A stretch of DNA of 64,000 nucleotides from Trueperaceae bacterium (GCA_034521815.1 JAXHLW010000011.1:40336-104335), one strand, 5' to 3'; numbered from the stretch's first letter, positions 43,879 through 53,797 are shown. The notes: generated by a model from the sequence alone, not told the origin. Translations and numbers: made by a program.

Positions 43879-44712
43879 GTGGAGAGCGTCTGCCCCGCCC
43901 TCGCCTCGGCGCGCAGCCCTGCGCCCTCGGCCCGCGCTGACGCGCGGACCGAGGGCGAGCTGGTCAAGGGAGGGGTGGGCCAGGGCGAGGTGGGCTACGT
44001 CCATTCGTTCCAGACCGGCTCGGCGGTGGACGGGCCGGGCCTGCGCTTCGTGCTGTGGACGACCGGCTGCCTGATGCGGTGCCTGTACTGCCACAACCCG
44101 GACACGTGGGACCTGAAGCACGGCCGTCCCCTTACGCTGGACGAGATGATGGCCGAGATCGAGAAGTACGAGCGCGCCTTGAAGATCACGGGCGGGGGCG
44201 TCACGGTGAGCGGTGGCGAGCCGCTGGTGCAGGCACCGTTCGTGACGCGGCTCCTTCGCGCCTGCAAGGAGCGCGGCCTGCACACCGTGCTGGACACCAA
44301 CGGCTACCTCGGCGACCGCATCAGCGACGACGGGCTGAACGACGTCGACCTGGTCCTGCTGGACGTCAAGTCGTTCGACGCGGCCACGCACCAGCACGTC
44401 ACCGGCATGGGCGTCGACGCCGTGCTGCGGTTCGCGCGGCGCCTCTCCGACGCCGGGAAGCCCGCCTGGATCCGCTTCGTCCTGGTTCCCGGCCTCACCG
44501 ACGCGCCCGACAACGTCGACCGCCTCGCCGGCTTCGTCGCGACCTTGGGCAACGTCGAGCGCGTCGAGGTCCTCCCGTTTCACCAGATGGGCGCCGACAA
44601 GTGGACCCTCCTGGGCCGTCCCTATCCGCTGGCCGACACCGCACCCCCCGACCGGGCGCTGATCGCCCGCGTCGAATCCCAGTTCGCGGCGCACGGGCTG
44701 CCCGTTCGCTAG
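43879..44712 (+). CDS. pflA: PFL-activating enzyme (radical SAM)
   Basis: VDGPGLRF, GCLMRCLYCHNPDTW, SGGEPL and LPFHQMG. Confidence 0.95.
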   Translation: MESVCPALASARSPAPSARADARTEGELVKGGVGQGEVGYVHSFQTGSAVDGPGLRFVLWTTGCLMRCLYCHNPDTWDLKHGRPLTLDEMMAEIEKYERALKITGGGVTVSGGEPLVQAPFVTRLLRACKERGLHTVLDTNGYLGDRISDDGLNDVDLVLLDVKSFDAATHQHVTGMGVDAVLRFARRLSDAGKPAWIRFVLVPGLTDAPDNVDRLAGFVATLGNVERVEVLPFHQMGADKWTLLGRPYPLADTAPPDRALIARVESQFAAHGLPVR

Positions 44713-44725
44713 CCGGAGCCCCTCC

Positions 44726-46036
44726 ATGTCCGTCAAGAACACGTCCGTCAAGAACACGCCCGTCAAGAACAGGCCCGCCAAGAACCGTTGGCTCATCGTC
44801 CTGTCCGCCGTCGTCATCCACCTCTCCATCGGCTCGGCCTATATGTACAGCGTGTTCAAGCGACCCCTGGCCGACGCCCTGGGCTGGAGCAGCACCGAGA
44901 CGTCCCTGGCCTTCACGGTCGCCATCTTCTTCCTGGGACTCTCCGCCGCCGTGTTCGGGCCGTTCGTGGAGCGACGCGGCCCCCGTGCGTCGGCGCTCGT
45001 GGCCGCCGTGCTGTTCGCCGGCGGTCACGCCATCGCGGGCGCGGCGGTGGCCGCCGGCAGCCTCTGGCTGTTCTACCTCGGTTACGGCGTCGTCGGCGGG
45101 ATCGGGCTGGGGATCGGCTACATCTCGCCCGTCTCGACGCTGGTGAAGTGGTTCCCCGACCGGCGCGGCATGGCCACCGGGATGGCCGTGCTGGGCTTCG
45201 GCGCGGGCGCCCTCCTCGCCAGCCCGATCGCGGCGCGGCTGATCCAATCGGTCGGCATCTCGCAGACGTTCTTCGTCCTGGGCGCCGTGTTCCTGGTCCT
45301 GATGGCCTCCGGGGCGAGCTACATCGCCAGGCCGCCGGAAGGCTGGGCGCCCGCCGCGGCGGCGAGCGGGACGAGGCGGACCCGGGTGACCGAGGACCTG
45401 GCCCAGCTCACCGCGCGGGAGGCCCTGCGCACGCCGCGCTTCTGGATGCTGTGGGTGATGATGTTCATCAACATCTCGGCAGGCATCATGCTGATCTCGG
45501 TGGCGTCGCCGCTGGCGCAGGAGCAGATCGGCATGACGGCCGTGGCGGCCGCGGCGATGGTCGGGCTGATGGGCCTGTTCAACGGCGCCGGGCGCATCGG
45601 CTGGGCCTCGGCGTCCGACTACCTGGGGCGCGAGAACGTGTTCATCCTGTTCTTCGCCGTGCAGCTCGCAGCGTTCCTGCTGCTGCCGATGACCTCGAAC
45701 GCGCTCCTCTTCCAAATCCTGCTGTTCACGGTGCTGACGATGTACGGCGGCGGCTTCGCGTCGCTCCCCGCCTTCATCGGCGACCTGTTCGGAACGAAGC
45801 AGCTGGCCGCCATCCACGGCCTCCTGCTCACCGCCTGGTCGATGGCGGGCATCGTGGGACCGATGGTCGTGGCCTTCGTCCGGGACAGCACGGGCAGCTA
45901 CGAGCTGTCGTTCTACCTGTTCGCGGGGCTGCTGCTCTTGGCCCTGGTCACGTCGCTCGGCATGGCGGCGAACCTTCGGAGCATCCGGCAGCGGAACGCG
46001 CGGACGGGCACGGAGGGGTCGCTGGTCGAGGCGTAG
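44726..46036 (+). CDS. OFA (oxalate:formate antiporter)-family MFS transporter
   Basis: KWFPDRRGMATG, NGAGRIGW and YGGGFASLPA. Confidence 0.88.
   Translation: MSVKNTSVKNTPVKNRPAKNRWLIVLSAVVIHLSIGSAYMYSVFKRPLADALGWSSTETSLAFTVAIFFLGLSAAVFGPFVERRGPRASALVAAVLFAGGHAIAGAAVAAGSLWLFYLGYGVVGGIGLGIGYISPVSTLVKWFPDRRGMATGMAVLGFGAGALLASPIAARLIQSVGISQTFFVLGAVFLVLMASGASYIARPPEGWAPAAAASGTRRTRVTEDLAQLTAREALRTPRFWMLWVMMFINISAGIMLISVASPLAQEQIGMTAVAAAAMVGLMGLFNGAGRIGWASASDYLGRENVFILFFAVQLAAFLLLPMTSNALLFQILLFTVLTMYGGGFASLPAFIGDLFGTKQLAAIHGLLLTAWSMAGIVGPMVVAFVRDSTGSYELSFYLFAGLLLLALVTSLGMAANLRSIRQRNARTGTEGSLVEA
44728..44787 (+). repeat. 15-bp tandem repeat x4 in the 5' end of the OFA gene (SVKNT/PVKNR)
   Basis: GTCCGTCAAGAACAC x2, then GCCCGTCAAGAACAG and GCCCGCCAAGAACCG. 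Confidence 0.9.
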
Positions 46037-46080
46037 CGGACCGCGCGCCATGCCGGCCAAGCTCGAGGCCAGAAGCGCGA

Positions 46081-46358
46081 CGACAGCAAAGCCGCCGACC
46101 AGACATTTCAAATTGCAGGACGCCGCCTGCGCATCCCATCGCTGTGCCTCGCGCTGTCTTGCGCCTCCGGAGCGAATCCATCACGTCCTCGGACATGTCG
46201 TTGCGCGCCCAGATCCGCTCGAGCAGATCAAACCCAGATCCCGACGCAGAGCGGCCTCAGACGATTTCGCTGTCGCGCCTGCCGGTGCAGGCCGCGCGAA
46301 CCCTCACGGCCTTCCAGACCTCTTCATCGATCGTTAGCGTCGTGCGGATCTTCGCCAT
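46081..46358 (-). pseudogene. Decayed RHH antitoxin plus a trace of a PIN toxin start
   Basis: MAKIRTTLTIDEEVWKAVRVRAACTGRRDSEIV* continues in shifted frames as EAALRRDLG and FDLLERIWARNDMSED, followed by NVWSAALLS. Confidence 0.6.
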
Positions 46359-46551
46359 ACCTGCGCCATAGCATCTGATGCCGCTAGGTGAGGTCGGCAC
46401 TCGCTCCCGCCGACTCCACCTGGTTCCCGGACCAGATCACCCCTCAGGTACCCGTAGCGCGTGACGGCGTGGGCCTCTCCCGAGCTCGCGAAGGCCGATG
46501 ACCTACCCCCGCCCATGTACACCGTCGATACCGCGTGCTAAGGATGCGAAC

Positions 46552-47132
46552 ATGAGACGCCTCAGCAGCAGTCCTCGTCCTGGCCCTCGCCACCGGTGCG
46601 CTGGCGCAGGGCGGCTATACGCCGAGGAGTACAGCGCCAACGCCCGCACCGCCCTGGCGCGACAGCTGTGCGACGACGAACGCGCCGACAGCGACGCGCT
46701 TCGCTCCCTCGACCCGGCCGTGTACGTGCTGCAGCTCGGAGAGCGCACGCTGCCGGCGTGCAAGGCCGTGCTGCGCCTCGACCCGCCACCCCGCCGCCGC
46801 GCACGTCCCGAAGCCCCTGCGAAGCCGTCGTCCCCGAGAGCGAGGCAGTCGTGCGGATGGAACGAGCTCGCACGATGCCCGACCAGCGTCGACGCGTATC
46901 GAGCAGCACCTGAACTACCTCCGTCACGTCACCGAGGCGGCAGGGGGCACGTTCAGCGACGTCGTCACCGACCCCGGCGAGAACGTCGCGCCCTGGACCG
47001 CGGCGGACGCCGACGCGCTCCTGTTCCGCGTCCTGGCGCCGCCCGACATGCGTGCCATCCTCGTCTTCGCCACCTACCGCGAGCCCGCGACCGGCGAGAC
47101 GGAAGTTCCTCGTCACCACCCACCCGTTCTAG
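46552..47132 (+). CDS. Secreted hypothetical protein (several frameshifts)
   Basis: Signal peptide MRRL..AAVLVLALATGALAQ after a frame change; coding-like segments end FLVTTHPF*. Confidence 0.45.
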
Positions 47133-47457
47133 CCCGGCGCCCGCACGGCGCTGCCACACCCTCGCTGCGCCCGGCCTCGCTCGTCGTGTGCAGGACGACA
47201 CCCGCCAGACCCACGTCGAAGCCGGTGTCGGTCTGGAGCACGGCGAACGGGTAACCGAGGTGCCGCATGGTGATGCGCGCCATGTGGATGCGCCATCCTC
47301 CCGTGGCCAGCATGTCGGAGGCGCAACGACTGGCGATGCGCATCGACAGAGGCACACGCCTCCCGCTACTCCTTCTTCTTCGATACGAGCGGTCATGGAA
47401 GGCCCGTCTTGCAGAGACATTGCGGACTGTCAACGGCCATTGGTTCGTGGCTCTACG

Positions 47458-47808
47458 TCACTCTTGGTGATCGTCGACCGTGAACGGCAGGTTCTGCAAC
47501 TCGACGAGCCGTTCTAGGTCGTCGGCGGACTCCCACGTGTCGCGCTTGAACGCCTGATGGAAGGCATCGATGCCGTGCGTGGAGTCACGGGCGACAGTCT
47601 GCGAACGCTCGAAATCGTTCGCGGCCATGATGCCGATCAGGTAGTCGCCGTCATCTCGACGATCCATGAAGAAGCATTCGAGGATCACGCCTTCATCCCG
47701 AAGCGTCTCGAGCGCTTCTTCCTTGCGCCGCATGATTTCCTCGGCCCACGCCCGCACACGGTCACCGGAGTTGGGCTTGAGTTTGATGCGAAACGCACGC
47801 GTCTCCAT
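47458..47808 (-). CDS. DUF6176-like protein
   Basis: RIKLKP...RKEEALETLRDEGVILECFF...IDAFHQAFK; TAGCTT 6 nt before ATG. Confidence 0.7.
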   Translation of the reverse strand: METRAFRIKLKPNSGDRVRAWAEEIMRRKEEALETLRDEGVILECFFMDRRDDGDYLIGIMAANDFERSQTVARDSTHGIDAFHQAFKRDTWESADDLERLVELQNLPFTVDDHQE

Positions 47809-47817
47809 GGCCTTAAG

Positions 47818-47976
47818 CTAGCACGTCACGACGATGGCCCTTCGGATGCGGCAGCCGCGGGAGCAGTACCGCACCTCGTCCCACACCCCGCGCCGACGCC
47901 ACTTCCCGCGGTTGGAGAAGGGCCGCCCGCAGGCCGCGCACGTCTTCGTCTCGGTCGGCCTCGCCCGCGGCGTCAT
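47818..47976 (-). CDS. DUF2256 small Cys-rich protein
   Basis: KTCAACGRPF...KW...WDEVRYCSRGCR; ATGA overlap with the photolyase stop. Confidence 0.88.
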   Translation of the reverse strand: MTPRARPTETKTCAACGRPFSNRGKWRRRGVWDEVRYCSRGCRIRRAIVVTC

Positions 47977-49237
47977 CGCTGATCCGGCCCGACGCGTTTC
48001 CAGAAGGCGCTGAACGAGCGCGGCGCCGAGCCGTGTGGCCACCGTTGCGCGAAGGCGCGTGGGGCCGGATCGCCGGCGCCCGGCCAGTGCGCGACCGCCG
48101 GGTGCGCGCGGTGCCGCACCGCGGCCGCCTCGCCGCGCTCGGCCGCTGCGACGCGTTCTGCGAGGAGCGGCCGCGCGTCCGCGACCGCGACGCGCAGGCC
48201 GGGCACCTCGCGCGCGGCGGTCAGGACCCACGCCAGCCGATCGCGGCTCCACGGGTGCCGGGAGAACAGGGCCGGCTCCAGCGGCAGCCAACGCTGGGCG
48301 TCGTCGTCGGCTCGCCAGGTCGGATCGAGAGCCCACGGGTGGTACGCGAGCAGCGGCCTGTCCGGGTCGAGCTGCGGCGGTGGCAGGTCCGGCAGCGTCG
48401 CCGGGCAGGTCCAGGTCCACCGGTTCGGCCAGGGCCGCGGGCACAGGACCCTCCAGGAGCTCGGAGGCCGGTCGGTCGAGGAAGGTGCCGCGTTGCTCGT
48501 GGTCAGAGAAGCGGTCGAGGTTCGCCTGATTCGCGAGGTAGGGCTTGTGCGAGCCGGTGCCCGCGACCCACTGCCACGACAGCGTGTTGGAGGCGAGGTC
48601 GCCGTCGAGCAGGTGGAAGAAGAACCAGGACGCTCCGGCGCGCCAGTCCGCGCCGGCCACGTGACACGCCCACGCTGGCCAGCCACATGCGCGCGTGGTT
48701 GTGAACGTAGCCGCCTTGCACCAACGCCCGGACGGCGTCGTCGAGAGCGTCGATCCCCGTGCTGCCCTCGACGATCGCTCGGGGCAGGCGGCGCGGATGG
48801 AACGCGGCGCTCCGGCGCGGCTGCGGCCCGAACCGGTCGGTGAAGATCGAGCGCCCCTCGCGCTCGTAGACCAGCTGGAAGAACTCCCGCCAGGCGAGCT
48901 CTTGCGCGAACTTCCCGGCGGCGTCCGGTGCGGCGATCTGCAGAACGTCCGGTGCGCTCGCCAGACCGTGCGTCAGGTACGGGGAGAGACGCGACACCGC
49001 GCCGCGCAGATGGTTCCGCGTCCGCGCATACGTGGACGGATCGACCGCACGCGCCCGCTCCAGCGCGGCGGCACGCGTGGGCGGGAACGCGGCCGCGACG
49101 TCCGGCCGGAGGGCCAGCTCGGAGGCGGACACGCGCGAGGGAGCGCTCGAGGTAGCGCTTCGAGAATGGCCGCGGTCGGCGGGCCACGCCGTGGGCGCGC
49201 ATTCAGTCGTCAGCGCCGCAGTCGCGTCGGCGCTCAC
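47973..49237 (-). CDS. Photolyase family protein with N-terminal FAD domain (NewPHL-like; frameshifts ~48670 and ~48400)
   Basis: FPPTRAAAL, YARTRN, VSRLSPYLTHG, KFAQELAWRE, GYVHNHARMW and LLDGDLASNTLSWQWVAG, then a short C-terminal domain ending SFSAFWK. Confidence 0.82.
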
Positions 49238-49406
49238 GCGACGGCAGGATGAAGCTCGGAGGTCGACGCCGCCGTGCCCCTGGCCCGCGAACCCCCAACA
49301 TCCGCTCGATCACGAGGCAAGGTGCAGTGCGTGCGTAATGGGCGTGCAATGGGCGTCTCCGTACTCTCCCTCCACGACGCGCACGCGTCGCGGGAGGGAG
49401 CGCCTG

Positions 49407-49717
49407 ATGAGCGTGAGGAAGCGCATCGTCCGCACGATCGTCCTGGGTCTCGTGGGAACGACCCTGGCGTTCGCGCATCCGACCGACCCCGGCGTCGGCA
49501 GCCCCAGCAACCTGTCGGAGATGCAGCAGGAGAGCTTGCGTTCGTGCGGTACCGGATCGCGCGAGCGGCTACCAGAACTCGACTCCGTCCAGGCACGCAC
49601 GCTGACCGGCGAGGAGGAGATCGGCAGGAGAAGATGTCCGCCAAGGCGTTCATGATCTTCGACCAGCGAGGCGTTCTTACAGACGCCGATCTCGCAGACG
49701 GCGACCTCGCAGACTAG
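49407..49717 (+). CDS. Small secreted hypothetical protein (frameshifted)
   Basis: GGGAG RBS; MSVRKRIVRTIVLGLVGTTLAFA signal peptide. Confidence 0.4.
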
Positions 49718-49805
49718 CGGCCGCCGCCCGAGAACGAGAGCCCCAGGATCCCTGCGGCTCTCGTTCTCATGCGGCCGACGACGCGGACGCGAACGCCCGG
49801 ACCCC

Positions 49806-50832
49806 TCAGCGAGGCACGAACGCGAGCCAGCGCCGGGGGTTCCTCGTCGGTGAGGGTATGCACGTCGTCCTCGCTGAGCCCCTCGGCCAGGAGCATCTCT
49901 CGCACCCGCACGGGGACGTGCGCGAGCCCGGGCGCGCCGACGTGGCCGTAGCCGGGCCAGTACGACCTGCGTGCGAGGTCGCCGCTCAGCACGATCCGGT
50001 CCAGGAGCCCCTCGGCGGCGAGCCCCACGACGACCCGCACGCGCTCCTCGTCGCTCAGGTACTTCTCCTTCGACCACTGGTCCAGCCCGAGGTGAACGCC
50101 GACGTCGGCGATCTCGAGCAGGTAGGGCAGCTCCGGCCGGAAGTCGAGGTGGCCGATCAGGACGGCCCTCGGCTCGACGCCGGCGTCGCAAAGGAAGCGC
50201 GCCTGCTCGAGAGCCCAGTCGGCCTTCTCCGTGTGCGTGCCGATGGGGGCGCCCGTCGCGAGGTGCGCGGCCGCGGCCGCGCGCGAGCCCACGTCGTTCT
50301 CCGTCGCTGGGACCGCCCGCACCGCTGGACCCCTTGATCAGTCCCGGCGCGCGCGGTCGATCGTTCGTCCGGAGCATCGCCGCCGGAGAGGTCCAGCTCG
50401 GCCGGCGGACGGTAGAGAAGCATCCCGCTGCGCACCTCCGTCACCATCCACGCCACGATCTCGTCGTCGCGGTGGCGGCCGACGATCCCGTCCGCGAAGC
50501 GGCCCTTGTCGAAGCCGGTGGCGGCCACGATGCGGACGCCGCTCGCCTCCGCCAGCCGGGCGAGGGCACCCGCGTCGCGTCCGTAGTCCACCGTCGTCAT
50601 CTCGACCGACGGCGCCGCCGCCGGCGCGGCGGAAGGAGGCCAGCTCGCGGACCGCGGCCTCCTCGTCATCCAGGTGCAGGTCCTCGTCCGTCACGATGGC
50701 GGGCGGGCGGGCGATCAGGTGCTCGTGGCCCAAAACGAGCCCCAGCTCGGTGGGCGACACGTCGCCCAGGACGGTCCGCACGACGGGCGTGCGCGTCCCA
50801 CCGGGCGTGGCCCGCACGGCCTCGCCCGTCAC
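49806..50832 (-). CDS. Phosphotriesterase-homology (PTE/PHP) amidohydrolase (several frameshifts)
   Basis: VRTVLG, GHEHL, EMTTVDYGRD, AATGF, LIKG, THT, GHL, SGD and NPRRWL. Confidence 0.82.
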
Positions 50833-52126
50833 AGCAGCGCCCCTAGCTCGAGCAGCCGCTCGCGCAGGAGGGCCACGTCCACGTCTCGTGGCGAGCCGTC
50901 GCCCGCGAGCGCGGCAGCGACGCCCGCCGCCTGCCCCATCGCCAGGCACTGCCCGATCGAGCGCACCGAGGCGTGGGCGTCGTGCGACGCGGAGAGGCAG
51001 CGACCGGCCACGACCACCCCGTCGACGCCGCGCGGCAGCAGGCAGCGGTAGGGGATGTCGTACGTCTCGCCGTCGGGCAGGTACTCCCAGCGCGTGTCGC
51101 CGCCGGCATGATGCTCCTCGATGGGGGCGCCGCAGCGGGCGATGCGCGTCGCTCGAAGCTGGCGGCGCTCAGGACGTCCTCGCTCGTGAGCCAGTACTCG
51201 CCGCGGATGCGTCGGCTCTCGCGCACGCCGATCTGCACGGCGAGGCCCATCATCTCGGCCTGCTCGTAGCCGGGGATCCGGTCGCGCAGGAAGCGCGCGT
51301 ACTCGAACGCCTGCCTTCGTCCCTCCCGCTCCGCGCGGCTCAGGGCGTCCGGGTCGGTGGCGTCCACCCCGGCGACGCGCGTCATGTTCGTGTGCATGAC
51401 GCCGGCGAACGGCGTCACGTGCGACGAGCCCTCGCGACGGGGCAGCTCGTAGTCACCGCTCTGGGCCGCCTCCCGCATGCGCGCCCACAGCTGGTCCTTC
51501 GGCAACGCCTTCGCCCGCTGGACGTCGACGTTGATCATGCGGAAGGTGGTGGTGAGCGATTGCGCGGTGCCCGCCGCGCCGGCGTCCTCGAGCTCGCCGC
51601 CGGCCCGGGCGACCACGTCGGCGTCCCCCGAGGCGTCGACCACGGCGCGCGCCCGGACCACCCGCAGCCCCTGCTTCGTGGCCACGATCGCCCCCACGGC
51701 CCGGCCGGCCTCCAGCAGCACGTCCGTGAACAGGACGTGGTGCAGCACGTGCACGCCCGCCTCGGCGGTGAGCTCGTCCCAGACGAGCTTCAGGGTGTCC
51801 GGGTCGTACGTCAGCCCGGCCCCCGCGCCGTAGGTGTTGGGGCGCTTGAGCAGGGTGCCGCGGCGGCGCAGGCCGTCCACCACCCGGTCCGGGACGCCGC
51901 CGACGACCTTCCTCTCGACCTTGCCGGGCGTGTAGAAGCCGTAGAAGGTATCGAGCACCATCGCCCCGGTGCCGCCGAGGAAACCGTAGCGCTCGATCAG
52001 CAGCACGTCGGCCCCCTGCTCCGCGGCGGCGACGGCGGCGGCGGAGCCGGCAGAGCCGCCGCCGACCACGAGCACGTCGCAGGCGTGCACCTCGGGAATC
52101 GCGACGCGGTAGTCCAGATTCGTCAT
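50829..52126 (-). CDS. FAD-dependent oxidoreductase (FAD_oxidored-type; frameshift ~51150)
   Basis: DVLVVGGGSAG, ERYGFLGG, DASGDAD, GVRESRRI, YDIPYRCL, AGRCLS and MGQAAG. Confidence 0.87.
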
Positions 52127-52149
52127 CGTGGCTCCTCTCATCCCGACAC

Positions 52150-52917
52150 TCATCCCGACACGCTCCAGCCGCCCGCCACCTCCAGCTGGGTTCCGGTGAC
52201 GAAGCGAGACGCGTCGGAGGCGAAGTAGAGCGCCGCCTCCGCGACGTCGTCCGCCTGGCCGGGACCTGCGGCGAGGGGCTGGCGCCGCTCCAGGTAGCTC
52301 ACGATGGCGGGGTCCTCCTGGGCGCGCCTGCTCATCGGCGTGGCGATGAGGCCGGGCGCGACGGCGTTGACGCGGATGCCGAAGCGGGCGTAGTAGGAGG
52401 CCATCGAGCGGGTCAGGGCGAGGATCGCCCCTTTCGAGGCGGCGTAAGCGTGGGTGGCGAAGTGCTCCGAGTTCGGCGCGTAGGCGAGGACGGAGGCGGT
52501 ATTGACGATCGCGCCCCCGCGACGCTCCACCATGGGGCGCAGGGCTGCGCGGCACATCAGGAAGGTCGAGCGGGCGTTGCTGTCCATCACCATGTCCCAG
52601 CCCTCGGCGCTGGCCTCGTGCGTGGGCCCGTCGCCGAAACGGCGGCCGGAGAGGCCGGCGACGTTGACCAGGACGTCCAGTCGGCCGAAGGCGTCCAGCG
52701 CCTCGCGCACCACCGCGTCGCACACGGCTTCGTCCCGCAGGTCGCCGGTGGATCCGTGCAAGCCGGCGTGCTGCTCGGTGAGCCCCTCGACGCGCGCCGG
52801 GTCCTTGTCGACGATCCAGACGCTCGCGCCCTCCGCCAGGAACCGGCGCGCCGTCGCGGCACCGATTCCGGACGCGCCGGTGACGATCGCCGCCCGCCCC
52901 GTGAGGTCAGCCGCCAT
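52150..52917 (-). CDS. SDR family oxidoreductase
   Basis: VTGASGIG, NVAG, YAASK, RVNAVAPG and VTGTQLEVAGG. Confidence 0.92.
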   Translation of the reverse strand: MAADLTGRAAIVTGASGIGAATARRFLAEGASVWIVDKDPARVEGLTEQHAGLHGSTGDLRDEAVCDAVVREALDAFGRLDVLVNVAGLSGRRFGDGPTHEASAEGWDMVMDSNARSTFLMCRAALRPMVERRGGAIVNTASVLAYAPNSEHFATHAYAASKGAILALTRSMASYYARFGIRVNAVAPGLIATPMSRRAQEDPAIVSYLERRQPLAAGPGQADDVAEAALYFASDASRFVTGTQLEVAGGWSVSG

Positions 52918-53698
52918 AGACGACCTTCACCCGGTCACGATAGTCGTCGTAGCTCTCCTCGAAGCGGCGGGCCGAGGCCTCGGCCCCCATCTCGTAGGCG
53001 GACGCCAGCACCAGGGGCGGCTGGCCGAGGGCGGCGAGGCGCTCCGCGACCAGCACCTTCAGGCAGTTGACGACGGCGGTGTTGCCGATCGTCGAGCCGG
53101 GACCCACCCGGACGTCGACACCGGGAACGTCCACCATGCTGTCGCCCGGAACGGCGCAGTTGTCGATCGTCAGGTCGGCGATGTCCTCGAGCATGAGGCC
53201 CGAGCTGTGTTCGCTCTCCAGCACCTTGGCGTACTCGCGTGCCAGCACCGCGACGACCTTGAGCCCGCGCCGCTTGGCACCGAGCGCGACGTCGAGGACG
53301 ACGCCCTTGTTCCCCGAGGTGGAGAACACGATCATGACGTCCCGCTCCCGGAACACGAAGTTGCGGAGGATGGGCTCGCCCAGGCCCTCCATCCGTTCGA
53401 TCGCCATCGCCTGCCGCTGCCCGTTCGCACCGACGACCTGGTGATGGTTGGTGAGCGACAGCTCGACGATCGGGTGGAAGCCCGGGAAGGAGCCGTAGCG
53501 CGGGAAGACCTCCTCGACCGCCATGCGGGAGTGCCCGGAGCCGAACAGGTGGACCAGGCCGCGCCCTGCGATGCAGTCGGCGCACCACTCGGCCGCCTGG
53601 CGGATCCTGGGCAGCTCGTGGTCCCGCACCCGGGCGAGGATGTTCTCTGCCTCGCGCAGGTACGTCAGGGCGACGTCGGGGCGTTCGCTGTCGGTCAT
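52907..53698 (-). CDS. SIS-domain sugar isomerase
   Basis: HLFGSGHS, FSTSG, IDNCAVPGD and GPGST. Confidence 0.87.
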   Translation of the reverse strand: MTDSERPDVALTYLREAENILARVRDHELPRIRQAAEWCADCIAGRGLVHLFGSGHSRMAVEEVFPRYGSFPGFHPIVELSLTNHHQVVGANGQRQAMAIERMEGLGEPILRNFVFRERDVMIVFSTSGNKGVVLDVALGAKRRGLKVVAVLAREYAKVLESEHSSGLMLEDIADLTIDNCAVPGDSMVDVPGVDVRVGPGSTIGNTAVVNCLKVLVAERLAALGQPPLVLASAYEMGAEASARRFEESYDDYRDRVKVVYGG

Positions 53699-53767
53699 GG
53701 GTCCTCCCTTTCGCCCGGCGTCCGCGCCGACGGTCGTCGCTGTCCGTGCAGGGGACGACGTCGGCGC

Positions 53768-53797
53768 TGGACATCCAGTGGTCCGTACCACTATACT
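53768..53797 (+). promoter_or_regulatory. Promoter (TGGACA-N18-TATACT) with an embedded GntR/HutC-type operator AGTGGTCCGTACCACT at 53777-53792
   Basis: 6-bp palindromic arms resembling DasR/NagR dre sites. Confidence 0.75.

Noticed and set aside
44728-44787. CRISPR-like array
   Set aside because: Contiguous 15-bp in-frame repeats without spacers; no cas genes in the window.
47113-47433. Small minus-strand ORF (MARITMRHLGYPF...)
   Set aside because: A possible RBS is present, but the frame and end are ambiguous and no family is recognisable.
46036-47820. Prophage or IS element in the hypothetical-gene patch
   Set aside because: No integrase, transposase, terminal repeats or phage genes seen.
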